NCBI RefSeq assembly: GCF_025526975.1
Contig: NW_026515681.1
Location: forward strand, 620,001 to 684,000
From: Fimicolochytrium jonesii
Taxonomy: Eukaryota
Length of the DNA: 64,000 nucleotides
Direction: 5' to 3'
Position 1 is the first letter of the stretch. Every line of letters begins with the position of its first letter. Both the position numbers and the translations under genes were made by a program. A model generated the notes under the pieces. That model saw nothing but the letters and a program-made list of their open reading frames with translations. It did not search any database and was not told where the DNA came from. Below, piece after piece: positions 24,259 through 35,688 of the stretch.

Positions 24259-26231
24259 ATGTCCTCCCCCTGGGGCCACCTCGCCTCCCTCAACGGCCCG
24301 CTCGCCTTCCACACCCTCCCCTCAACCCATCACACCCTCGGCACAGCACCCACCTGCGACATCTCCCTCCCCACCGCCGCAACATCCATCTCCCAACACC
24401 ACTGCCGCCTCCTCCTCCTCGGCGACATGCCCTGCCTCGAGAACCTGTCCCCGCACGGAACCTATGTCGATGGGAAACATGTCGAGGGGGCCACGAAAGT
24501 CTCGCTGACGAACGGGGCCGAGATCCGGCTTGGCGGCGACACGTTCTTCGTGTTCACGAACCTGCTGGAAGACCCAAAGCTCGGCGTGTTTGAGGGACGG
24601 GTTGTTGGGGAGAGGTACTACGTCTTTGGCGGGTATGAGTTGGGGAAAGGCTCGTTTGCGACGGTGCGGCTGAGCGTGGACCTGAAGACGGGCGAGCGGC
24701 TGGCTTGTAAGGTCATACAGCGCGGGAAGGGGGCGAGGGAGAGGGAGAGGGAGGGGAGGAAGCCGAGTAGTGGGACGGTTATTGCGCGGGAGGTGGGTGG
24801 GGTTGGCTGCGGGGGGGTTAGAGGCCGTTTTCTTTGGGTGGGGGGAGGGATGGGGTTTGATGAATTTTTTTTTTGTAAGCAGACGGCGATATTGAAGAAC
24901 ATCATGCACCCGAATCTGGTGCAGGTGAAGGAGGTGGTCAGGACTGAAGAGTGTGTGTATTTGTTTTTGACGAGGGTTACCGGAGGTAAGTTCGAAGGCG
25001 AGTATAGGGTTTTCGGGTGGGTGTGGCGGTGTAGTGTGGAACAGTCGACTGAACCCCCTTTCCGTCGCTCATCCTCAAGGCGAACTGTTCTACTATGTTC
25101 AGAAACACGGCGGGATGGAGGAGCATGCGGCGGTGAGTTTTTTTTGTGGTTTCTCATGTAGAAGTATACACTCCGCCCATGGATTGACAGCCGCTCTCCC
25201 ACCCATGCAGAAATTCGTATTCTACCAAATCCTCCTAGCCGTACAGGTATCATTTGCCCGCTAAACTCACCTCTCGCGCCCCCACCTCGCTCGTTCGTCG
25301 TACGGACTGACGTTCTGAAACCCCGCCAGTATCTACACAACCTGGATATCACGCACCGGGATCTCAAAGTAAGTACGTCCCCCTCCGCACTGAACTGTCT
25401 ACACTCACACAAACAAGCCTTAACACCACCCCCCTTCCCTGTCCGATCACCAAAAGCTCGAAAACATCCTCATGGAATCTTCCAACCCCTTCGGCCGGTA
25501 AACCGCCCCCCGCACCATCATCAATCCCCTTTTTTTGCCCCAGCCAGCTCAGCTCATCGCCCCATCCTCCCAGAATCCTAGTCTCCGACCTCGGCCTCGC
25601 GAAAATGCTCGGCACCTCCCTCTCCCGCATGCGCACGCAATGCGGGACCCTTACCTACGTCGCGCCCGAGGTGCTGGCGAGCAGCGGGACGGGCGGGGAC
25701 GGGTACGGCAAGTGTGTGGATTGCTGGTCGTTGGGTGTGTTGCTTTATACCATGTGAGTTGACGGCAAAACTCCCCACGGAGGAAATGATGGGTGGTGAA
25801 TTGACCGGGGAGAGAACAGGCTGAGCGGGACACTGCCGTTTGGAACGGATAGCGATGGCCAGCTGCTCGCGACGCGGATCAAGCGCGCGGAATACGATTT
25901 GGAAGGGGAGGAGTGGGAGAGGGTTAGTCCGGAAGGTAAACCTGTCTCTCGCACTCCATCCGACTCCATCCGACTCACCGCTCTGGACCCGGCCCACCCC
26001 ACCCCAACAGGAAAACACCTGATAACCTCCCTCCTAACGCACTCCCCCAGCGCGCGGCTCACCATCTCCGGCGCGCTGTCCCACCCGTGGATCACGAAGC
26101 GCGGGGACTTGTTGCGGTTGTTGTACCGGAAGATGATACGCCGGAGCCCGGACGCGGGGAGGGCGGAGTGGGTGGGGAGGGAGGCGGCGAGGAGGGATTT
26201 GGTGCGGTTGTTTGATACAGGGGCCTATTAG
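24259..26231 (+). CDS. FHA-domain Ser/Thr kinase (Mek1/Chk2/Dun1 family); many short exons
   Basis: FHA motifs ISQHHC and NLSPHGTYVDG. Kinase motifs LGKGSFATV, LACKVI, HPNLV, GGELF, HRDLK|LENIL, SDLGLAK, TQCGTLTYVAPEV and DCWSLG. Confidence 0.9.
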
Positions 26232-26399
26232 GAGGATAGAGATGGGTGGTGTGTATTTTCCGAGTGTATTTACAAGAAAAAGGATTTAGGGATTCAAAAC
26301 GTAAGGAATAGACAACGGAAAAGAAAAAAAGACAGTGGGGCCAGTCCCGGCAGACAAGTTTGAGAGTTTGAAAGAGCAGAGTTTTGTGTGTGTGTTCTC

Positions 26400-27419
26400 T
26401 TAGATCTTGGCCTTGCCACTCATCCTCTGCATGACGCCGCCGAGCACGGTCACGACCTCGTCACTGGCCAACATTTCCCAGGCGCCCTCGGCCTCGCTTC
26501 TCAACCACTCCTCATCCTCCCACTCCCTGCTCAACCTATCCCTGAAATGGGCCTTTGTGATGACCCTTCCGACATCCGGCAACCTCAACGTCTTTTCCAT
26601 CCACCTGACGGCATCAGCAACGACCTCCTTCCCCTCGCCGTCGACAAGCGAGTCGACCAGGCCGATGCGTTTCGCTTCCGCGGCGTCGACCATCTTCCCG
26701 AACCCGCACAGGCGGTTGGCTTCCCCTTGCCCGGTGAGGGTCGCCATGAGCTGGGCCCATTTGGCGGGGACGGGGATGCCGATGGCGACCTCGTTGAGAC
26801 CCATGGAGGAGGCGGGGTGCAGGGAGATGGAGCGGTGGTCGCAGGCCATGGACATGGCGGTGCCGCCTGCGGGGCACGCGCCGTGGATCGCAGCGGCGGT
26901 GATCAACGGCGATCGGTAGAGCCTGGCCAGGAACTGGTTCGACACGGTCCAGAACCGCGCGTACTGCTCCCTGCTCGTCATGGGCGCAAAGATCTCGGTC
27001 AGATCGTTCCCGGCCGTGAACACGGGCCTGGATAGACCGGAAGTCAGGATGAGCCCCCTGATGTTGGGATCCTGTTCGCAGCGGTCGAGGGCGGCTTGGA
27101 GTTGCGACCAGAGGAGTGTGTTCATGGAGTTGACGGGGTTGCGGTGGATGGTGAGGAGCGCGTAGCCGGAGGGGGTGGGGGTGACTGTTACGTATTGGGC
27201 GGGGGCGGGGGAGGACATTTTGGAGGAGGGAGGTGGTGGGGTTGTGGAGTGGTTGGCTTGTGGGTGGTGTGGTTGAGAGGGGTGAGAGAGAGAGCGTGAG
27301 AGCGGGCGGTAGTATGGGGTGGTTGTGGTGGATGTGTGAGATATGAGGGTGGGAAAGTAGCGGGGGGGTTTTGCGAGAGTAGGAGGTAGAGTAGAGAGCG
27401 AAGGAAAAGGCAGTCTCAT
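26400..27419 (-). CDS. Enoyl-CoA delta isomerase / crotonase family, with a probable mitochondrial presequence
   Basis: PVNSMN, VFTAGNDLTE, AAIHGACPAGG, MGLNEVAIGI and AKRIGLVD. It ends in AKI (PTS1-like). A second possible start is at 27218. Confidence 0.88.
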   Translation of the reverse strand: MRLPFPSLSTLPPTLAKPPRYFPTLISHTSTTTTPYYRPLSRSLSHPSQPHHPQANHSTTPPPPSSKMSSPAPAQYVTVTPTPSGYALLTIHRNPVNSMNTLLWSQLQAALDRCEQDPNIRGLILTSGLSRPVFTAGNDLTEIFAPMTSREQYARFWTVSNQFLARLYRSPLITAAAIHGACPAGGTAMSMACDHRSISLHPASSMGLNEVAIGIPVPAKWAQLMATLTGQGEANRLCGFGKMVDAAEAKRIGLVDSLVDGEGKEVVADAVRWMEKTLRLPDVGRVITKAHFRDRLSREWEDEEWLRSEAEGAWEMLASDEVVTVLGGVMQRMSGKAKI

Positions 27420-27493
27420 GCCAGTAATCAACTGTACAAGCGGGAGGGGGTGTGGGGTCCGCAGAGTGTTTTTTATACGTGGGAACAAAGGGC

Positions 27494-27692
27494 TTGAGAG
27501 AGAGCAAAGGGGCGGGTTGAACGCGTGAGAGAGAGGGTGAGAGAGAGAGAAGGAGAGGGAGGACCCTCGTGATGGCCAGTTGCATATGACAGCGACAGAG
27601 AGAGAGAGAGAGAAGAGAGAGACGCGAGGCAGCGGAAGCGGCCATTCTCATCTTCTTCATCTCTCAGAGAGGCCATCAGAGAGAGAGGGAGA
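27494..27692. repeat. GA-rich microsatellite tract in a divergent promoter
   Basis: Multiple (GA)n runs. Confidence 0.8.
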
Positions 27693-27842
27693 GGGCTCAC
27701 GTGACATTTGATCCACACGCGCTGTCGCTTTCTCTCCTTCCTCTCGCCCCCGTCCCGTCAGAACACAGACGCGCTCAAATGCACTCCCCCGATCAACTTC
27801 CGTCTTGTCCACTCGCTCGCTTCTTCAAACGTCACTGCTTAG

Positions 27843-27850
27843 TATAAAAG
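27843..27850 (+). promoter_or_regulatory. Candidate TATA box
   Basis: TATAAAAG lies ~97 nt upstream of the M64 peptidase ATG. Confidence 0.5.
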
Positions 27851-27939
27851 GGCCTGGCGTCCTCCTCCTCCCTATCCATTCCATCGGCGTAAGGCAAAAA
27901 GACCTACTACCCTCTTCCGATAGTACAACCAAAAAAAAA

Positions 27940-30561
27940 ATGCACACAACATCTCTCATACATCTCTCCCTACTCGCCGTCCTCACTGCGTACGTGCGAA
28001 ACAAAAATTCCCAAATGGCTCTGATATATACTTACAACCTCCTCCTCACCACCCGTCCTCAACTCCCATAGCCAACCAACCTTCGCAAGCCCCACCCACT
28101 TTCCTCCCCAACACCAACAACAAATCCTCTTCACACCCCCCCTCCACCACGCCATCCACTTCACACAACACACCCACTCCCACAAATGCACCATCCTATC
28201 CTCACGCCCCTCACAGCCGCTCTCAACCACAAATGGGATACGCCGCCGCGCTGCCGTCCGTGAAGTTGCTGTAGCTGGCCATGTGGATCGTCATGACGAG
28301 AGGACCGGGGAGGACGTGGTGGAGGTGGTGAGGCCCACCGAGGAGGAGGCTTGGGAGGTTGTTACGCGGGTTTGTAAGGGTGGGATTGTGAATGATGCGC
28401 ATGACGGGGCGAAGGCAAGGGCGAAGGCGAAGGCGAGGAGGGAGGATGCGGATACGGAGGGGATGGAGGTGTTTGAGATTATCAAGAATGGGCCGTCGGA
28501 GAATCGGATCGATGTCGTTTTCATGGTGAGTTGGGCGAGCGTGCGGAGGATGGCGAGGCTGAGGATGGCGCGAGCGGGGGCGAGCAGGGGTAATCGTTCA
28601 ACCAACCAATCAACCAACCATGCATCCATCCGCTTCGCTCATCCCCCTTCGATCATACCCATCCCAGGGCGACGGGTACACTCCCTCCGAAAAACCCAAA
28701 TTCCTATCCGACATCCGCCGGCTCACCTCCGACATGTGGGGCGCGCAAACCTTCGCCTCCGTCCTCCCGCTCTTCAACATCTGGGCCGTCTTTGCACCCT
28801 CCAACGACAGCGGGATCGGCGTCGGCGGCAAACCGAAGGATACCCCGTTCGGCCTCTATCGCGACGGGACGGAACTGCGGGGCATCTACTGGTTCGTCTT
28901 GTCTCTCCCCTCCATATCCTCTTCCCCGGAAGGAGTCATCAGATATACATCTCAACATTCGTTCCTTTATCGTAGTTCGAAACCGAATGAGGCGCGCAAG
29001 GCGTGCACGTTGACAGGCCCCGCCGCATGCGACTACCCGAGCCTGATCGCCAACGACGACTACTACGGCGGCCTCGGCGGGGAATTCGTGATCTCCACGC
29101 GCTCGAACATATCCGGGACCGTGGTGCTACGGCACGAGATGGGGCATAATCTGGTCGAGGTTGGTGAGGAGTAGGTGTTTTTCCCATTTTCTCACAGTCA
29201 GCGGGGGGAGGGGGAAGCGATGGGAACTGACTCGCGCGTTTGATTCTAGATACGATGGAGGCCAGGTGTATTCGGGCGTCAACTCCGAACCCGCCGACAG
29301 ACCCTTGTCGGAGCTCAAATGGGCCCACTGGTTCACCGACCCGGACAACATCGCCGAGCAGAAATCCGTCGTCCGTGTCCAGGAGTACGTTGCACACACA
29401 TATGTATATCTCCATCACCGATCCCGGGGGTGTGTCTCCTCACATCTTCATCCCCCCCCCCCCCCCCCCCCCCCGATTTCTTTGATAGTTATGCGTGGTA
29501 CGACCTGTCCCACGGGGCGTACACCCTCAACTTTTCCTCGGACGGCACGTACGCGCGGTGGGGGCTCAAGATCAGCGCGTCGGGGGTGGACGTCGACGAC
29601 GCGATGCGGGTCTCCGTCGACGGCGTGGGGCTGGAGTGGCGCGGGGTCGGGCATCTCGATCGGTCGTTCTTCGACGTAAGGGCCGATTCAGTGGGGCACG
29701 AGCAACGCGAAATGAAGGAGGGATGGGGAACTGATGGGTTGTGTGTGTGTTTTTTTTAGTGGACGGGCGAGAAGGGGTTTGAGAAGGGCGACCATACCCT
29801 GACGTTCGCGCTCGGCATCCCTGCGCCGCCCGGGGCGCCGATCCGGCAGCTGTGCTCGGTGCAGCTGATCGAGTACGCCGCCGAGCCCGCCTTCCGTAAG
29901 TCCGAGCCCCCTCCCCATTCCCCCCTCATCGAATGGAAATGTCAAATGAACTGATTCATCGGGGTTTGATAGATATGGACAACAGTTACATCTCAGCATA
30001 CCCGACGATCTCGCAATCGGGAACAAAAACCTACCGCCCAACCAACGAAGGCTGTCTGATGCGCAACATGGGCCTGCCCATTTTCTGCTCCGGTACGCTA
30101 CCCCCCTCCCCCCCGCCTACCCCCCCACCCGGTGCTAACCTCTCCCTCCCCCAGTCTGCAAAGAAGGCCTATGGACCTCCCTCCTCTCCCGCCTGCACCT
30201 CATCGACACCATCACAACCACCTGTCCCGGCCCCGGCGCGCCGCTCATCACCGTCACGCCGCTCCCCCTCGCGCAGTTCCGGCCCGGCGGCGATCGGGGC
30301 CGCGACGTGGAGCGGTTCGCCGTGCGGTGGTATACGCGCCCCGCGCCGTCGCGGCTGGCGCGGCAGGCCGTGGGGGGAGCAGGACAGATTGGGAATGGGA
30401 CCACTGAGGCGTGGCGACGGGTCCGGGAGTTGGATGATCTGTTTGTGGGGACGGTGCACCCGGGGATGTGGCGGGTGGAGGTGGAGTTTCGGAGTGTGGA
30501 GGTGAGGAGTGAGGGCGGCGTTATGGAGGGAAGGTGGGAGGGGAGGGTTGAGGGGTGTTGA
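27940..30561 (+). CDS. Secreted M64 (IgA-peptidase-like) metallopeptidase; multi-exon
   Basis: Signal peptide, GPSENRIDVVFM|GDGYT, PLFNIWAVF, FGLYRDGTELRGIY, NDDYYGGLGG, VLRHEMGHNLVEVGEE (HExxH) and YRPTNEGCLMRNM. Confidence 0.9.
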
Positions 30562-30874
30562 TGAGGGGTGCAGAGGGCGGTTCTGGAACCACTTTTATGG
30601 GGATTTAAATGTATACGGGCTTTTTAGTTCCCCATTGCTATGAAGCGGGTTGAAGCGTCTATTTCCCTCCCCTTCGACATGATACCGAGACAGAAACGAA
30701 AGCACTAGTGGGTATATCGCGAGCTGTGATGGGATCCCCGTTCCCCGCTGAGAATGTCGTGTAGCGTAGTCTATACTCTGCAGTGCACATCCCAAAATCG
30801 CACGCGGACTCTCCGAGATCCCGTTCGGGACCGCGGAGTGCCGTACATGTACAGCGTGAGAACAGCCCATCCGC

Positions 30875-32326
30875 TCAATCATCATCCTGCGGTTCCTCAC
30901 CCTAAACCACCACAAAACCACATAAGTATCACAAAACACCATGCCCGCCCTCGCTCCCGGGACCCTCACCTGCCCATCACTCTCCCCCTCCGCGTCCGCC
31001 TCGGCCTCCTCTCCACCCTCCCCGTCCTCCCCACCCCGCTTGGCAACCATCTGGATCTTGTACGCCCCCGCCTCCTCCCGCTCGTCGTCGCCGATCGGCT
31101 CCTTGTCCAGCCGCTCGAGCTTCGGCAGCCGCGCGAGGATCTCCAGGCGGTAGGTCGGGTGGGATGTTAGCGGGTTGTCTGCGGGGGATGGGGGTGAGTG
31201 GCGGCGGGGTAGACGGCGAGGACAAACGGGTAGGATGGGGCTACGGACCTGTGAGAACAAGGATCCGCAAGCTGTGCATATGCGCCAGCCGGTCGATCTC
31301 GGCCGTCGAGCTCAGATTGTTTCCCCTACACGCCCCCGACAATCAGCAACCCCTTTCCGACACAAAATGCGGCATGTGGACCCCAAAAAACGCGGCTCCC
31401 ACCCACCGTAAATTCAAATAAACCAGCCCGTCCAACCCCGCCCCTTCCCTCCCGCCGATCCCCTCCAGGCTGCCCAACCCACACTCGCGCAGATGCAGCA
31501 CCTGCAGCGCCGGCTTGTCGTCCAGATCCACGCCCGCTACCGCGCCCAGGGGGTTGTGCGAGAGGTACAGTTTCTGCAGCTTGGGCGCGCCGAGCGGGTG
31601 CAGGCGCTCGAGGGTGTTGCGGGTGAGGGAGAGGTGGAGGAGCGAGGGGAAGGTCGGGAGGGAGAGGGTTGTCAGGGCGTTGTCTGGGGGGGGAGGGGAG
31701 GTGTGAGTTGGGGGCGAGCGAGGGGGATGAGAGGAATGCAAAGAGGGGTCGAGCGCCAGCGAGTGGTTCGGGGGCTGCTCGCTTCCCTTCGCCAACTTTT
31801 TGACCCCCTCGCCGGGTGCTCGCTTAGTCCCGCGGGTAAAGGGGAGTATTGCCCCCTTCGTTCTGAATTCTAAGGTGAGCTCACTTTGTCCCGCACTCGC
31901 CAGCCACCTACCATCAAGAGTCAACCACCCACACATAGGCCAATCGCCCGCCTCCCAGTTCCTAATCCCATTGTTCCTCAGATCCACCCACTGCAACCAC
32001 TTCCGCCCGCCCAGCTCCCTCCCGACCACCTCGACCCTATTCCCATGCGCATCCAGACTCAGCAAAAACTCCAAGTTCGCCAGCGGGGACAGATCGGCGA
32101 TGGCATTCATCGACAGATCGACGTAGCGGAGGTTGGTGTAGTTCTTGAGGATCGCGATGTCGGTGAGGGAGTGCGAGGGGAGCGAGAGCCGCGTGTAGGC
32201 GTGCGAGAGGCCATCGCCCGTGCGCGCGAGGAGCGAGATGGACGGCTGGATGAGGCCGGCGGTGAGCGGGGTGTCGGGGAGAGGCTCGTCGGCGTTGGCG
32301 TGGTGCGGCGTGTCTTCGTCGGACAT
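30875..32326 (-). CDS. LRRC23: Leucine-rich repeat protein LRRC23 (motile cilium / radial spoke associated)
   Basis: ISLLARTGDGLSHAYTRL...LTDIAILKNYTNLRYVDLS..IADLSPL closely follows the LRRC23 N-terminus as recalled. It has an LRRcap (YRLEILARLPKLERLDK) and an acidic tail. Confidence 0.8.
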
Positions 32327-32775
32327 GGTGGCTATGAGATGGGGACTACGACTTTTGATGGGCGAGTTTGGAAGGAAGGGGAGCGGAGATGGAGGATTCT
32401 TGATTGCTTTCACGTAGTACGCTGGTGGATGGAGGGGTCTGCCTGGTCCAATGCCTTTCCGAGCGTGGGCGCACATGCTGTCAGTGCAGCAAGTCCCGCC
32501 GGATTGACGGGCGCGTTGTGGCGGAGAGAACTCTCCTTTTCTGCTCCTTTTCTGCTTTGAAGTGGCTCCCCAACACGCACCTCGTTCGCTCACAACAACA
32601 CTGCGGTCGGGCGACACCCGTTCGAGCCCCTCTGTCTGTTCCGGGTGAAAAGAGCTCGTTTCAAAAGACTGCGGTGTCCGGCATTCTGACTCCCAAGTAT
32701 CTGGACGTGGCGGGTGTGAAGGCGCTTATCAGGGTCAATATCTTCATTGCAAAGTCTTGTGAGCGTCCTTGAAAC

Positions 32776-34776
32776 ATGCTGGTGAGGGCAGCGGTGTTCG
32801 GGCGCTGTTCGTTTCCAGCGAATCGACTGCCCTTGGTTGCAGCGGCCAGCAGAGTGGGTCAATTCCCCGCGGCGAGGAGGCCACAGCATCGCAAAGAGTT
32901 TTCCAACACTTCCGCTGTTCGTGCGTCTGAAAGGAAAAGCTTTTATGAACCTCCGAAAAAATCGAAAGATGACCGGCCACCGGAAAACAGCATAAGAGAA
33001 GCCCGCACCGCCGTCAAAAAAGTCCCGAGCAAACCCTCCCGATTCAACCCCACCCCCGCCGTCCTAAGGCTCAAACAAGTCCCTCCAAACCGCCCCTGGG
33101 TCCCGCTAGAAGGCTACTCAACAAACCGCACCCCCTTGTCCCTCCTCTCGCTCGAAATCGCCGATTTCGCCACCTGGGTCGAACAACGCTCCACCGAGAT
33201 CGCCGTCCGCACCGCCATCCTCGAAGCCTACGAGAAGCTCGCGCGGCAGTACCTTGACAAAGGTGCGCGGATAGCCATGTTTGGCAGTTCGGCGACGGGG
33301 CTGAATCTGCCAAATTCGGACCTGGATCTGATCCTGCTGGGCTATGAGATGAAACTGAAACCGCGGTACCAGAAGAAACTGGCCAAGAAACCGCGGGATC
33401 TCGCCACGATGCTCCTCCAAGCCTTCCGCGTGAAGTTGCGCCAGAACAAACTGATCTCCCTCTCAGCCGACGTCGTCTTCATCCACGCAAAAGTCCCCAT
33501 CATCAAACTCCGCCATACATCAACCAATCTCATGGTGGATATCTCCTCCACGACTACCGAAGAAAGCTTGCCGGACGTGCTTCGCTACATCGACTGCGTC
33601 AAGGAGATGATAAAAGACGACCGCGTCAAGCGCCTCACGTTCTTGCTTAAACGCATGCTCAACCAGCAGGAACTGGATAACCCCGCGACCGGCGGCCTGG
33701 GCGGGTTCGCGACAACGTGCTGGGCCAATGCGTTCGTGCAGGCGTACGATAAACATATCTTCGAAACCCAGCCCGCTGGAGACTCTTCTGTAACGGATAT
33801 CGGGCCCATCTTCATCAGATTCCTCCAACACTACACGGGTGATACAACCCAGGAGCCCATCCACGTCCCCACCGTCGACTTCAACGTGGACAACGTCTCG
33901 CGACAGGGAACGCTGTCCATCATCGACCCCGTCAACGCATCCAACAACGTCGCAAAGGCCTTCACCCGCCCCGCCGACATGGTCGAACTCTTCCAATACG
34001 CTTTGACCCGTCTCCAACCCCACCTCAGTTCCCCGACTCATTCTCGCACCCACACCGAATCCCCACTAACCCCCCTCCTCGGATTTACGAACAATGAGCT
34101 CGCCCACCGCTCCCACATCGAAGCCCTCGGCACCGCCCTCCTCCGCAACCCCTCCAACAGCATCGACCCCTTCGCTCCCACCAAGGATAAACGGTTCAAT
34201 CAGAAACTGAAGGGGGGGATGAGGAAGAAGTCTGAGGCAGGGAAGAGGACTGGGGGAAGGACGGATGTGGGGGATGTGGAGGGTGAGTATAGGGTGCGGC
34301 CGCCGAGGGATTATAGGGATGACGAGGAGGGGTTCGTGTCGGGTGGGGGAGGGCCATCGTGGGGCAGGCCGAGTTTTTATGAGCGGCATGGACCGCAGGT
34401 GGGCGGGCGGGGGGCTGTAGATGTGGATGTAGAGGAGGGGAGAGGACGGCCGATGGATGACTTCGACGATGATGATCAACCGCCGCCGACAAAGTCGAAA
34501 CGCTATGATGACGACACCTCCCGGCCGCCAACACACTCAGTCAAACGGTACGACACCCGGGACGCGGCGCACAGTCCACCTGCGGATGCACTGAAACGCT
34601 ACGACGAACGGGACCAGCCGTTCCATGCACCTGCGGCGAGTAACCAGCGTGACATCAAACCCCACCCGCCCTCAAATCAGAAACGGGCGCATGATGCAGC
34701 CGCAGACCACGACGGGGAGGACGAATACCCTCCGCGCTCGGAATTTGCTCAGACGGTGCGACGACCGTTGGGATGA
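32776..34776 (+). CDS. Non-canonical poly(A) polymerase / terminal nucleotidyltransferase (Trf4/PAPD5/Cid1 family) with a presequence-like N-terminus
   Basis: FGSSATGLNLPNSDLDL, AKVPIIKL, third Asp in MVDIS, GGLGGF and LSIIDPVNASNNVAK. The C-terminus is charged and low-complexity, and may extend past 34776. Confidence 0.88.
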   Translation: MLVRAAVFGRCSFPANRLPLVAAASRVGQFPAARRPQHRKEFSNTSAVRASERKSFYEPPKKSKDDRPPENSIREARTAVKKVPSKPSRFNPTPAVLRLKQVPPNRPWVPLEGYSTNRTPLSLLSLEIADFATWVEQRSTEIAVRTAILEAYEKLARQYLDKGARIAMFGSSATGLNLPNSDLDLILLGYEMKLKPRYQKKLAKKPRDLATMLLQAFRVKLRQNKLISLSADVVFIHAKVPIIKLRHTSTNLMVDISSTTTEESLPDVLRYIDCVKEMIKDDRVKRLTFLLKRMLNQQELDNPATGGLGGFATTCWANAFVQAYDKHIFETQPAGDSSVTDIGPIFIRFLQHYTGDTTQEPIHVPTVDFNVDNVSRQGTLSIIDPVNASNNVAKAFTRPADMVELFQYALTRLQPHLSSPTHSRTHTESPLTPLLGFTNNELAHRSHIEALGTALLRNPSNSIDPFAPTKDKRFNQKLKGGMRKKSEAGKRTGGRTDVGDVEGEYRVRPPRDYRDDEEGFVSGGGGPSWGRPSFYERHGPQVGGRGAVDVDVEEGRGRPMDDFDDDDQPPPTKSKRYDDDTSRPPTHSVKRYDTRDAAHSPPADALKRYDERDQPFHAPAASNQRDIKPHPPSNQKRAHDAAADHDGEDEYPPRSEFAQTVRRPLG

Positions 34777-35688
34777 TTGCCCCCCCACACGCGAAATCAA
34801 AAACGCTCTTCCGATAACCGCGCGCCCCCCACAAAGCGACGGTTTGAGGATTGGTCGAGCAATCTTGACGATGATGAATACCTGTACGGATGGGATGGGC
34901 AGGATCGGCTGCGTTTGGAGCCCTCGGCCCCTCGTGAGGGTAGGAACTAGACGTGCTCTCACGGCAGCGTTGGGTTCCTGACGAGGCGTCATTGGTGGGC
35001 GGGCATCCAAGCTGCTATTCAGCGCAAGCGAGCCTCCACCCTTCTTCGCAGGGTCGGAGGACAAAGGGCGGTCAAACACATACGGGTTGCCAGCAGGATA
35101 CCTCGCGCTTTGCCCAGTCTGCTTCACGATCGCGGTTCACCCAGTCCGTTTGTGACCGTTACTCACCTCATTTGGCGGCGTATAGACGATGGTCTTTTGA
35201 GAGATCAGCGGAATGTACTGCCTGTAGGCTTAGCATGTAAACGCAGTGGAGGCTTGGATGGCAGTATCGAACGCGGGCCTCGTTTGCGCAAAGCCTTGAA
35301 TACGAAATACGGGTTTTAGGTCGTGGAGCTGAATACACGCCGTGTGTGTCGACCCCACTCCCGCCTGATGAAAACGGAACCGATGGGCCTTGTTCTTCTC
35401 CAGAGTTGATGCACAGCACAAGGTGCCGCGTTTCTGACCGAATCCGTCCAGGATAACCAGAGCTCCTCGACGAGAACAAGAGACAGGAGTAGACAGATGT
35501 AGATGACGGCTAGATAGCAATATATGGTTGATTCTCAGCGTGGTTCTCACCCTCTATGATGCCACTTCCAAGTTCCAAAGGACTGATACCCACGCAAACC
35601 CCGAAACATTTCTGTAACTACAATTCGCCGCGAACCCAGCGTCGGGGTTCCAAAGAATTCTAAATGTACGTACATGATAAAACCTGAT

